IMG/VR virus record: IMGVR_UViG_3300033463_000088
Span: 1 to 64,000 of that record
Direction: 5' to 3' (one strand)
From: a virus
Taxonomy: Duplodnaviria > Caudoviricetes
DNA length: 64,000 nucleotides
The translations under genes and the position numbers were made by a program. The notes under the pieces were generated by a model. It saw nothing but the letters and a program-made list of their open reading frames with translations. It did not search any database and was not told the DNA's origin. Below, in pieces: positions 39,616 to 52,738 of this stretch; the first letter of the stretch is position 1; each line of letters begins with the position of its first letter.

Positions 39616-42315
39616 TTAATTTTCTATTAACTTATTAATGCATACTGCACCAATTTTACTTAATTTTGCAGTTGATTGCCCTTCAATAACCTCATAAGTT
39701 GACACAAAATTACTCTTATCTATTGAGGTTTTTCCATAATTATAAGTGCTATCAACTTCTTCTATTCCAAGGCCAGTAAACCAAACTGTTGCATTACCAG
39801 AGGTATCAGTTCTATTAACCTGAACCCAGAAACCATAACTATCATTTTGTGCTGCGTACCTTGTATAAATATCAAAATGATGCCATTTACCATCCTTTAA
39901 TACTTCTTCACTTGTTGTTGTTGCAGCAGGTGCCCCACCTCAACTAGTATCTCCTTTTTTACCATCTAAATATCAAGTAACTGGAGATCAGTTATTGCTG
40001 TGCCCTAAAATATTAATTAAAGTTCCAGAATGAAGCTGTGCATCAAATGAAATATGATAGTATTTTCCATATGTAAATAAGCTGTTTGCAAATTGGAATC
40101 CAGCTCAATGTCCACTAATTTGTATTATATTATTATCAATAAAAGATGCACCTGGAAAATTAGTGCTATTTAGGTCTAAAAATTTAAAAGTATTAGATGC
40201 CTCAATAGTATTTCCAGTAAATAAATTTGCACTTCTATCAATAGCAGCTTTTCTATTATATTCAGCCACTATATCAGCGCTAGATAAGGTAGTATTATAT
40301 ATTTTAATATCTCCAATTATTCCATGGAATGTATAACTTCCAGCACCACTTCCACCATAATAACAAATATTTAAATTACCGGGCCATGTCGATAAATTAA
40401 CCCCAGTAAAAGCATAACAATGCCATGCATCATCAAGTAATGGATAATTATTGACTTCTCCATCTCTATATGCTGTGATACTTCCAGCACTATTATGATA
40501 CCAGCCACCCCCAGAATTAACTGCAGCAAAATAATATGTTGTGCTTGTATCTTCTGCCAATAACATTTTAGGATATGCACTTGAACTTGGATATTTAGCT
40601 CAAATAATAACAGTCCCCGTAGTTAAAAAACTAAAGTTAGATGTTTTTATATATTGATTTGTTTCTAATAAACTTAAACCTAATTTACCTGGACCACCAC
40701 TAGAGCTAACAGAAAGAGCATTGTTATAGAGATTGCCATTATAGCCATAACCACTGTTGTCTATTATCCTAGGCAGCTCAAAAACTTTTATATTAGTTAT
40801 ATAAATATTTCTTGATCTTACACCACTTGTAAAACCAGAGTCATCAAGAATCATTTTAGTTGCATCTGTTCATTGAGATGACTTATACTCAAATATTGCA
40901 TAACAAAACCCATTTCTTAACCTTAATGTATCAGCATAACTTTGTGCACAAATTGGAAAATCTCAATAATCTGTGTAGCTAGAAAAACCACTTACGTCGC
41001 AGGTAATAACATAATATTTACCAAATGTCATTTCTTTATTAAAATGAACATAAAAATAAGTATCACCATCACTACCGCTTGTATGTAAAGAACTAGCATT
41101 ATCTCGTACAACCCGGCCACCGACTGAAATGTCACTTACAAGATTGTCTGTTGGTTGATTAAAAATATCAGAGCAAACTGTTCTATTATTTTCTAAGTAA
41201 CAACAAGTTACATAAACTTCATTGCCAGCAGTAACATAAATACCAACTAAATGATCATTTGTGCTACTCGGACTTGTTTTTTGTTTGATACCCTCAACTT
41301 TACAAAGGTAGAAACCATCTCCTAAAGATTCAATAGATGTTCAATGGCTATTTGGAACACTTCCATCAACTTGTCCATTTCAAGCTGGAAAACAAATACT
41401 GTCTGTAATTGGCTCACTATTTTTTGATTTAATAATTGCTTGGAATGAACGGTATCCCCCATCAAAGATGTTTTCATGATATAATAAATATGGATTGGTT
41501 GCTCCAGCACTATTACCAAACTTATGAGAATAATTACTAAAACCAGGGTAGATATATTTTTTATCGGTATTTTGAGCATAATACCCTTGATTACCAGTTG
41601 AACCCCACTGACCTCAGCCACCGCTTGAAGAAGATGTATCAAATGTTGGATATGGTTCTACATTCGCAAGTATATTTATATTTTGCTCAAAATTATAATG
41701 TAAAACTAAACCCTTTGAAATTTCTTTTACTTCTTTTTGGGATAATGCATGGTCATAAATACGAGCATCATTTAAATAACCCGCAATAAATTTTTCACCG
41801 CCAGCATTACCACCAATATAAATATATGCACTTGATAGTGCTGGAACATATGAAGTTGTACCGGTTTTAACTAAAGCACCATCAACATATAACTTTAAAT
41901 TTGTTCCATCATATGTGCCACAAATATGATGTCAAATACCATCTTTAATTGCTGCACCTGAGTTAATATTTGTATTTGATGACCCATTAGAAACATTAAA
42001 ATATGGAATACCAGAGCTATTTATATCAATACCTACTCTAATATTATTCCAACTTGTCCCAGAAGTTCCTAAAACAAATATTTGTGATCAAGTTGAATGA
42101 CTTGTTGGAATTTTAGCTCAAATAGCAAGTGAGCAGCCATTAGAGCAAGATGATAAATCTAAAGCACTGCTATTTAAAATAGTAGAATTAAAATAATAAC
42201 AGCTTCCAAGTTTTCCAGAACTATTAACAGTTGCACCATTATTAGTTAAAGATATAGCTGAAGTGCCTTGATCATTTAAATTACCGTTAAGAGGCCACCA
42301 ATGTATTAAACTCAT
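39616..42315 (-). CDS. LamG/concanavalin-A-like lectin-domain virion protein (899 aa)
   Basis: LIHWWPLNG, GI[TGA]HHICGTYDG...LYVDG, YLNDARIYDHALS, second LamG IGDIKIYNTTLS; more than ten in-frame TGA and no TAA/TAG in the segments I translated. Confidence 0.8.
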
Positions 42316-42335
42316 ATATTCCTTTCTAATTTATA

Positions 42336-45300
42336 TTATGAAAAGATAAAATCTAAGCAAGCTTCTGCAGAATTATATTGCATTGTGCAATTTTTAATTT
42401 GAACAGAAGCATCAGCATAAACTTGACCGCTACTATTTGCAGCAAATGCACTGCCGCTACTTCCAACTTCTAATCTATTATCACTTCTTATTAATGAACT
42501 TCCTGTATAAATACCAGAACTAAATCCACTATTTTCATTAATTCTTAGCCAACTATCACTGATATTAAATGCTCGTTTGCTATTCATATAGATATAAGAA
42601 TTAGTACAGAGATTAATAATATCATTCGCATCATTTTGTTGACTAATACATAATTCTGTACCACCTGCAGCGCCACTTGTTTTTAAAGTGATAGAAGCAG
42701 CATCAGAACTATCAGAGGAGGATTCTACATATGGATTTCAATAGATACCACCAGAAGTAGATAAGTTCTTAATGTTAGTAGCAGTAACATCACTAGCAGT
42801 AATATTACCATTTGATAAGTCTAATTTAATTCTTGCTGTTCCAGAGCCAATAAATGAAATAGTATTAGGACCTTGATCATGTCTAATACCCCAAGGATTA
42901 CTTGTTCCACCAAGAGTATCATAATAAATTCAGGTATCTCCAGCAGGTGAAGCATCGCCTCTGCCAGCTCCACTTTGTAATAAAGCATATCCAGGGCTAG
43001 CAGCATTATCATCACCAATTACATAACGAGCATTTGTTGCAGAACCAACACTTACATAAGCAGAATTATATGTTCTTAGATAAGAATCATTACCATTAGT
43101 TCCTCAAATTCTTGCAGGAGATGATGAGTTATTTTCATCGCCAGAAGATGAATTAATATATCCAGTTAAAAGATAACCATTACTATCTGTTCTAACAATC
43201 TTATCTGCTTCATTATTTCTTCCAGAATGTACATGAAGACCATCTACTTGATCAGCATTATCAGCATAAGCTACTCTACAGCCAGCATGAGCAGTATCAC
43301 CATTATAACCATATAATACCCAGTATGTTCCATCATGGTAAGTTTGAACATTATAAGCACTATCATGGTCATTTCTATATAATTTTGTTACGCCAGGTCT
43401 ATTAGCACTTGCTCTGTCTGCTTTTTCATCATAATTTGCAATACGAACTCATGATTGTCATGTACCACTATTTTTGCCACGAACAAATAAGCGACCATTT
43501 CGATAATCTTGTGCAATCTGTCCTACTCAACTATCACTATAAGATTGTACATATAATGCGCCATCACCAGTAGAAGCACCTAAGTCAGTAGATGGTCCGC
43601 CAGAGCTATAATAATAATGTCCATTTTTAACCGCATTATTAGCATTATGTTCAGCATTACTTTCATTTCCAGAATAGAAAGTAGTTCCATCAAAGTTATA
43701 AGTATGGTCTTCCCAAGGAACATTTACATATAATTTACCACTGCTAAGTCCTACCGCATAATTTCTATTAGTATTGTTGGTAGAAAAACCTAAGTGGTGT
43801 GTGCCTAAAAGTTCTGCACTTTCAGCCCAGGTTTCTCTTGCAGCAGCACTTCTCATAATATAAGCGCCAAGAGATTGTCTATTAACACCAATAGCAACAC
43901 CACCACCAACATCACTACCACTATAGCAGTCCATAAATAATCAATCTTTATATTGACTATTACTGTTGACAGTAGTATTCATCATTAAGGCACCAACTTT
44001 ATTTGTGCCAAAATAATTTGGATTTTGTTGACCGCCATTAGAGGTATAAGAACCAACAATAGTTGTATGGGTATGGTTACCAGCAGCAGCATCTGTCGCA
44101 CCAGTACCTAGTGGTCTCCATGTATCAGTATCAGTATCATCTCGCCATCCTGGATTACCATTAGCATCACACTTCCAAACTTGATTAGCATTATTTGCTT
44201 TTGTTGGTGCTGCAACATAACCGGCAACACCGACAGCATTAGCAGTCCAAGTATTTGTTGAGCTAATTGTAATTTCACCAGCAGCAGTTTTAGTAACAGT
44301 TGTTGCACCACCAGCAGCTAATTTAAGAGAAGCATTTGCATTTTGAGCGAAAGATACTGCCTCAGTACCTGCGTTATCTGTAACTTTAAAAGTATAAGTA
44401 TAATGATCATTATTATCTGTCCAAGGGACATTAACATAAGCTTTATTATTGCTATCTAAGACAACTGGATAATTTTTACCATTAGCACTATAGCCAAGTT
44501 TAATGCCACCTAAAGTGCCATCACCTGCAACTTTTAAATAATATTTAGTAATAGTTTCACTAATGCCACCTGTACCATAGCCACTACCAGTAGTAAGTGC
44601 TAAGCCATCACCAGCTTCATGGCTATGTGCTGTATTAGTATCTGTATAAGAAGAACTAATTGTAATTTCTCCAGAAGCTGCAGAAACAGTGACATTTGAG
44701 CCTGGTTTAATATTTAATGATTTATCTGAATCTTGGGTAAATTTAACAGCTTCTGTTCCATTACCTTTAATTTGGAAATACTTAGTATAATGAGTATCTT
44801 CATCATTATCAACCCAAGGAACATAAACACCTAATTTATCATTTTTATCTAACTGAACAGCATAGAATTTAGTGCTGCCACCAGCAGTGTATGTTGCAGC
44901 ATTAGTTGACTTAGTTTCATCTACTAATGCAACTTTATAGTCATAAGTTCCACTGCCAGTTCCAGCTGAACCAGACCCAATTAAACCAACACCTGCACTA
45001 TGTGAGTGTGAGGTATTTGTATTATCAGAAGCTGGTAACGTATAAGCAGTAACACCAGTAATATGTCCAGCAGCGTCAGCAGTAATTCCAGTTAAAACAA
45101 CTGTAGAATTACGAGTAGCTGTGCCAGAAGATGTTACTGTTATTGCACTACCACCGCTTGGTGTATAGTGATTTCCAACAGCAGTAACACTTGTATCAGT
45201 ATTATTATCTGTCCAAGGGACATTAACATAGGCGCTACCATCAGAGTTAGTTCTAACCCCATAATTTTTATTACTGCCAATTGTTACATTGTCAGTTGAA

Positions 45301-46067
45301 GCATTAACAGTGCTAACTTTAATACCGCCAATTTCATTAGTAGCTGCTTGCTTTAGTTCATAAGTAACTTTATCAGAGGAATTTATACCGCCAGTAGCAG
45401 AACCACTTGCAAATTTTAAACCAGTACCAACATCATGACTATGAGCAGTATTTTGTTCATCTGATGCTGGAATTTTAACTGTATGTTCAGAAATTTCAGT
45501 AACAATACCTTGAGCATTAACTCGGACATATGGAACTTTAAATGTAGAACCATAGCCTGGAGTTTGAGCAGAAGAATCACCATAAGCATTTGCTGTAACA
45601 CCAGAAGCTCCTAATGTAACAGAATGTAAACCTGATGTAGTTTGGCTACTTGAAGCAGTAATATCAGTTGAACCATCAGCTTTTTTACCAGAAACAACAG
45701 TAACACCATGAGAATTGTGTGTATTAGCCCAATAACTACCTTGCATTACCCAGCCTGTTCCATTATAAACTAATGTAACATACATATTTGCAGCAATATG
45801 AGTTGTGCAATATTCACCCGTACGATAATAGATACGTTTTGCATCTAAGCTATTGACTTTTAAAGTACAGCCGTCAGCTGTTGCAGCATTAAATTTAACA
45901 TTAATAGCAAGACCAGTGTAAAGAGCATCTACATCTGGAATAGATACAGTAAAAGCATTTGCTGTAGCAGAGGCAGTGTCATAAAACATTGTATCTTTAC
46001 TATCAGCAGGTAATGCTATATCATAACTTGTTGAACCTATAGTAAGTTGATCTATTCTATCAGCCAT
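42336..46067 (-). CDS. long tail fibre protein (1243 aa)
   Basis: Track fragments 43941-46067, 43527-43934 and 42336-42587 are one frame via TGA; repeated GGIKLGY...YAVQLD...YV.VPW modules; SGT[W]QS[W]VRI motif. Confidence 0.8.
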
Positions 46068-46082
46068 AGTTTAAAGTCCTTT

Positions 46083-49000
46083 CTAATTCTTATCTAATCC
46101 TGTAACTATTGCATCACCTGTTGAAACATTGTCTAAGCCAAGTGAAACAGTTCCTGTTGGAACAACTTCATGAGAGTGTCCTTGAGAAGCAACAGTTTCA
46201 GTACCAACAGCAGAACCAGTAGAAGCAGTTAAATATTTAACTGTGTCTGTTCCGCTAGAAACACCTGTAATAACGCCAATTTTACCTGTTGCGGTATTTT
46301 CAGCAAGAGATAATGCAACGGTGCCAGCAGGAGTAACTGTATGAGTGTGTTCAGCAGTTGCAACTAAAGTACCACTATCACTTGGACTGCCAATAGATGG
46401 AGCAGCAATAAAGTATTGTGGAGTATGTGTAATGCTAGAGATAACTGAAACATTACCACCTGCATTATCATAGAGCGTAATATTACCTGTTGCAGTAACA
46501 TTATGAGTATGAGAAGCTGGAGCAACATCTACACGAGATGCAGTTGCTTGTGTAGATAAGCCAGAACTACCTGTAAATGAGGCAGTCATTCATTTATTTG
46601 TAATATCAAAAGTACCACTTGTTAAGCTGCCAACAACTGTTGTTGTGCTACCACTACCAGTAGCAACAGTATTTGCAGTTCCACCTGTAAACTTTGGATG
46701 TAAGTATTTTGTTGTAACATCTCCATTACCAATAGCAGTAACTGCAGTAACTGTACCAGTATTAGCAGTTGATTTGCCATCAGATAAGGTAGAAGTATGA
46801 TTTGGCGCTGCTTTTAATCTTGTAGTAACAGCAGACCATGAGCCACCAGAAACTTCATATTCTTGTAAATATTTAATACCATTAGCAGCTGTTTCATTAG
46901 AAATTAAACTTGGAGCGGTTCCAGCATTTAATGTAACACCAGTTGTTTTCTTATAACTATGTGTATGAGAATGAGAAGCAACAGTAGCAGATGCAGATTC
47001 ATTACTAGCACCTTTATATGGAGCACCAGTATATTCAGTGCTTGGAGATAACGCTAAGCTACTATCATTCATAGCTGCAACATATGGGAAGTCAGATGAA
47101 TTATTAGTATTGAAATTCATAGATGGAGCAGTACCATTATTTAAAGTAACACTAGAAGTCTTACTATATGTATGTGTATGAGTTGAAGAGCTTGTGCTTT
47201 CAATATAGTTCATATTTAATGCAGCAGCAGTATCAGAAGCTTGTGAACCTTTAATACTTAATGTTCTTCTTGCAGAAGTACCTGAGCCACTTGTAGATCT
47301 CTTCATTGTAAGATATTTTGTTTCACTACCAGTTAAAGTAGTAGCAGTTCCAGTAGCTGCAGTGTCATCATAGTTTACTGTTGCACTAGCTTTTGGAGTT
47401 GTGCCAGCGTTAAACTTCATATACTTAGGAGTATGTGTAGTATTTGAGCCAGTTAAACTATAAGTAGTATAACTATGTCTATGAGCAGTTGATGCAACAG
47501 CTTGTCCATTACCACTATCATTTTCTGTGTCTGTATCAGTATATGTTGGAGTTGCGCTACTTGCAGGAGTAGTTCCAGCACTCCAATGTAAATATTTAGT
47601 TGTTGGATCACCAGATGCCGCAGAGCCTGTAATATCTTTTGCAATAACAACCCCACCACTTTCGTTATCAATAGTTAAAGTAACGCTGGTAGTTTTATCA
47701 TAAGTATGAGTATGACCACTTATAGCAGCAGTGCCAGTAGCAGTAGCTACGGGTAAAGTAACTGATTCAACAAATTCTACTGGATTATTAACATCAGAAG
47801 TATCTTTTGTGCTAGAAGATGTCGGGTCTAAATTAATAGAACCACTTGGAGTATAACTATGAACATGGTCTGCTTTTGCAACAGATGGAGTAGTAGCAGC
47901 AGTAGGTGCTTCATAATCAATACTATAAATATATTGAGGACCTGCGCCTTGAGTTGAAACACCCTCTAAAGAAACAGAACCTGCTGGGGTATAAGTATGT
48001 GTATGTGCACCTGTTGGAACTTCAACACCTGTATAGTTTTCTGGGTAATTTGGAGTAGTTGTAATAGCACTTGTACCACTAAATGTTCCAGATAAATTTT
48101 TAGAAGTTACTGTAATGTCTTCTAAATATTTAACACTTGCTGGAATTGATGTTGAATCACTAGCAGTAGCAGTGGCTAATGCGGCTTCTGCAGCTGCTTG
48201 TGTTGCACCAGTTTCAAAGCCAACAGAAATTGTATGAATGTGAGTACTACTAGCAACAGAAGTTGTTCCACCGCTATTTGGTGCAGTAACAGAAGTATTT
48301 GCACTATCACCTGTAAAAGCGGCACCAGCATATTGAGTTGTTCCAGATGCTCCACCAGAAGCTTCGATATAAGCAATACTTCCTTGAACATTACTATTAT
48401 TTGAAGTAAGAGAAATACCATGAGTATGAGTAGATGAAGCAACAGTAGCTGTGCCACCAGAATGCTCATTTGCATCAGTAGTAGTATTTGTATTACCTGT
48501 AAAACTTGGGTGGGCATATTGAACTGTTCCACCTGTAACAACATCTCCTAAATTAACAACACCACCGGATTGACTCTTTGTATTACTATTCATTGTAATA
48601 CTAGTAACGGTGCCTTCATTTGTTGTATAACCGCGAGTTGTTACATATTCCTCAGTAGCTAATTTCTTTCTTGTTGAATCACCTGGGTCACCAGAACCAA
48701 CATAAACAGAACTAGCATATAAATTACCTGATTGTTCAAAAACATTCGTATTTGTATATGTAGTAACACCATTTGCATTTTGTGAACCAGCACCAACTAA
48801 TAAAAGTTTAGCGTCACTGTTTGCAGAACCAGCAGTATTTCTTGTATCAGAATTACTATCTAAAGATAATGCTGTATATAAGCCTCTATCTGCACAAATT
48901 TGATAAATACGACCTGTTGTAGTATGTAAACCTAAACCGTAAACTGTATTACTAGAAGTTGGTACAACTTTCCAAAGAACAGCATAAGAGCTGCCATCGA

Positions 49001-49133
49001 TAGTAACAGTAGAAATATTTGTATCAGTGCCATCAGTTGGTTTAGTAGTAGCGTCTGCAGCAATTCAACTTCTAAGTTTACTTAGCGCATTATCAACTTC
49101 TTGACCAGTAAATATACTTTGATACTCTGCCAT
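46083..49133 (-). CDS. tail fibre protein with many HxH motifs (1016 aa)
   Basis: ATG 49131-49133 after aaggag; TGA at 49065 and 46590 join the fragments; S/T/G/A-rich with repeated HTH/HSH motifs. Confidence 0.8.
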
Positions 49134-49157
49134 ATGCTGTCTCCTTCTTAAAATTAA

Positions 49158-49177
49158 TCTCGTATAATTTAGCAAAT
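49158..49177 (-). promoter_or_regulatory. candidate late promoter (copy 2 of the 20-mer)
   Basis: Exact reverse complement of 29305-29324, about 25 nt upstream of the tail fibre ATG. Confidence 0.6.
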
Positions 49178-49180
49178 AAT

Positions 49181-49212
49181 AAAAAGAAGAGCCCCTTAAA
49201 ACTCTTCTTTTT
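49181..49212 (-). terminator. intrinsic terminator
   Basis: aaaaagaagag / ctcttcttttt 11-bp inverted repeat. Confidence 0.7.
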
Positions 49213-49231
49213 AATTCTATTTATTTAGCTA

Positions 49232-49759
49232 TTATTCACTAGCAATTTCAGCTGAACTGTGAACCTCATAGCCGTCTGAACTAACAGGCTTATAAACAGT
49301 TCTTGGACCAACAACCATAAATAGCTGAGTAAAGTCTCATGAATGGTCTATACTACTCTGTGCCATTAAGCAAACTCTATAAGTATTAGTAGAGCTTCCA
49401 ATAAAAACTTCTGGAGTAATCGAGATGCTAAAATTAGTTAAAGTATTTGCAGAAATACCCTGAGTAAAATAAGCAAGATTTCCAATTCCTGGCCCATAGT
49501 CATCTGAATAACCTGTTGCTGGACTCATTGGAGTAACTCTAATTTCAAAACGATTTAATTCCATATTTGAACTAAATCTACCTGTAATTGAATTAAATGG
49601 GCTATTATATGAAGCTCTATAGGCAGTAATACTATCAGTTGTACCACCATTAAAAGCAACGGTAATATCTTCATCTTGATAAGTTATACTACCATTAAAA
49701 AATCCACCGTCTATAGTATGTTTAACATTAAAATAGGTAATTGTTGGAAAAATTGCCAT
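49232..49759 (-). CDS. hypothetical structural-region protein (175 aa, TGA read-through)
   Basis: Track ORF ends at TGA 49337 but the frame continues DFTQLFMVVG...IASE-TAA. Confidence 0.65.
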
Positions 49760-49833
49760 TTTTATCTCCTTATAATAGAAGTAGCTGAAAGTATTATATT
49801 ACCTCCAGCTATTCTCCATATTAAATTCTTAAA

Positions 49834-52596
49834 TTATTCAGCGTCAAATTTTGTGCCAGCGACGGACCAAAGACCAGCATTATTTTTGCCAAAGACTAAT
49901 ACATAATGTGTTCCATCAACATTAACTTGGTCACTTCCGCCTAAAGCTGCACGATAATCTTTACCATCAATAATAACAGTGATAGGAAGTGTAATTGGAT
50001 TACCTGTTGCATTATAGTTAGCACCATTAGAACCTTGACCAGCGACTAGAGCTGCAGTAGTAATTTGTGCACCTGTTGTAGTAGCAGTTGGGAAGTCTTC
50101 ATCAGCATAAGCTGCAACCTTGATTTCAACAAGATTTTGGTCTGAATTAACTGTAAATGACATTAAATCAGCATAAGTAGTTAAATCAGAAACTGTTCCC
50201 TCATTGACTGTTTTTCTAAGAACATGAACACAACTGATTCTTTCATTTGAAACATTACTAATAGTAATTTCAGCAGTATTTGGGTTATAAATGAATGAGC
50301 TAGAAGTTAATGAAGTTACGTTACCAGCATCATCTTTTAATTTACCATAAATAGTTTTTGTTTCACCGTTAGCATTTGAACCGCTATTCGCAGTGCAATA
50401 TAATGTATCAGTAGTAATTGAAGCTGCAGTTAAGGTTGTTCAAACAGCATTTGATTCAGTAACTTGAGTGCCACCATCTGTTAAGGCAAAGTCACCTCAA
50501 ATTTTATATTGAACATGACTGTAAACGTCTGTTGCATCTTCATTATAAGTAATAATAACTTTAAATTCTTTATCAGCAGTTGGAGAGATTTTAGCTGTAG
50601 TACCATCAGTTTCTCTTAATACAAGAGTTCCAAGAGGTGGAGTATCGTCATATTCTCATGTTAATGTTTGAGTTGCGATATTACCAGCTTTATCTTTAAC
50701 TTCTACAATAGCACCATATGTACCACTGCCTAATTGGGAGTCAAGCTCTAGGGTATAAGTACCATTAGCTCAAGCAATCCAACCATTAGTAGCGCCACTT
50801 GCAAATGTTGTTCCAGAAGCAGCAGTAATTCTCATTTTATCAACACCGTCATTAAAGTTATCTGAAATATTTGAGACAGAAATATTTATTGATGGGCTAT
50901 TTGTTGGAACACTAGTTACAATAGATGCATTAAATTCTGGAGCAGTATGGTCAACAGTAAATTGAATATGTTTATAAGCAACATTACCAACCTGGCTAAT
51001 TGCTTTAACATGTAAGAAGTTTGTAGCAGAATCTGCAACAAAAGCTTTTACAATACTAGATGATGCAACTTCTTGAGAAGCATTTGTCCAAGCAATTAAG
51101 TTAGCACCATTTGCTGGAGTTGTATCATTAGCAGTTGTATTTGTCCAAACTTGTAAATTTGCACGTCCTGAACCTGGAGCTGTTGAGTTGTTAACTGTAA
51201 CAGTAATAGCATTTTCAGTAGCGGCACGATAATAGTATTGATAAGCTTCATATCCACCCAAAGCTAATGAATCGATTTCAAATGACTCTTCTATATTTAC
51301 AATAACAGAATCTGATGTTGTATTTCCAGAATTATCTGTTGCAACAATTCTAATAGTATAAGCTCCTGCAGCGCTTGGTGTTTTATCAGCTTGTGCAATT
51401 TGTGCAACGCCAAAACTAAAACTTCCACCAGAAATTTCAGTTAAGGTTCTCCATTCACCTTCAGAGCCCTTCTTATAACTAAATGCTGGACTACCAGAAG
51501 CTAGACCAGAAGTAGCATCAGAACAAGTATAAGAAATAGTAGCACTATTGATTGTACCATAGCCAGCAGCAATCCATTCATTACTTCTTGAAATAGATAC
51601 AGCTGGAATAGTTGCATCATAAACCCTTGTAACAGGATTTGCAGTAGAAATATTGCCAGCAGCGTCTTTTAATTTAACATTAACAGTTTTAGTACCATCA
51701 GTAGTAGTAAAAGCTAAGCTAGAAATAGTAATAGAAGTTGTTGCTGGTGTTGTTTGAGGTCATGTATGCCAAACAGCAGTTTCATTATTTTGAATATCAC
51801 CATATAATTGATATTCAATAATATCAGTATCATTAGTATTGATAATGGCAACAAAGCCGTTATTACTTGCGTTTAAATATTGAATTAAATCATTTTGATC
51901 ACTAGCATTTGCTTTTAATGTTGTAGTAACTGTTGCAATACTTGTATCTAAATAAATAGTGCATTGACTTGTTGCAGAGTTGCCAGATCTATCATAAGCA
52001 GTAATAGTAAGAGTTTTATTACCATCTAAGGTTCCTTGCGGAAAACTTAAAGTGCCTTCATAAACATGAGTAGTAGAATTAAAGCTTGATTCATTAATAG
52101 TAACAGTGCTTGTAAAGTCAGCACAGGCAATAGTAACTTCTCTTAAACCAGATTGAATTGTGCCGGAATCAGCTGCTTCAATATGAATACCAAAGGTTAA
52201 ATCATTTGTATAACTATGGTTAGAAGTATTATCTAAGTCATAAGCATATAATGTTGCACCAATAGTTGGAGCGACAGTATCAGATCTAACTGGACCGGAA
52301 TGTTTAATAGCAGATGTATTACCAACATCATCCATAAAGATTGCATGTAAATAATAGTTTCCATCTGCATTAAAAACAACATTATAACTAGAAGCAGCAG
52401 GAACCCAGTTTAATCCACTTGGAACAGATGCAGTACTATTACTATCATCTGCCCAAACTTTCATATACGAGGCACCATCTGTATTAAACTCAGCAGTAAT
52501 ATTATTTTTAACCAACGCTTGCGTTGTAGGTGAAGTAAAAGCAGCGGCATTTGGCGCTACAGTGTCTAAAGTTAACTTAAAATTATTTGCAGACAT
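49834..52596 (-). CDS. Ig-like repeat virion protein (920 aa)
   Basis: Fragments 51760-52596, 50770-51261 and 49834-50163 are in one frame; repeated D..GN / DT.AP Ig-like motifs (DGTKTVNVKLKDAAGN). Confidence 0.75.
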
Positions 52597-52738
52597 TGGT
52601 TTTTCTCCTTTAAATAATTTGAATTATCAATTAATTTAGCTAATTTTTAGCAATTTAGCTATTTTTTACTTTGTAAAAAACATCAGAGACAACATTAGCA
52701 TTAATATAACCCTCTATACCATTATTAGTTCTAATGTG

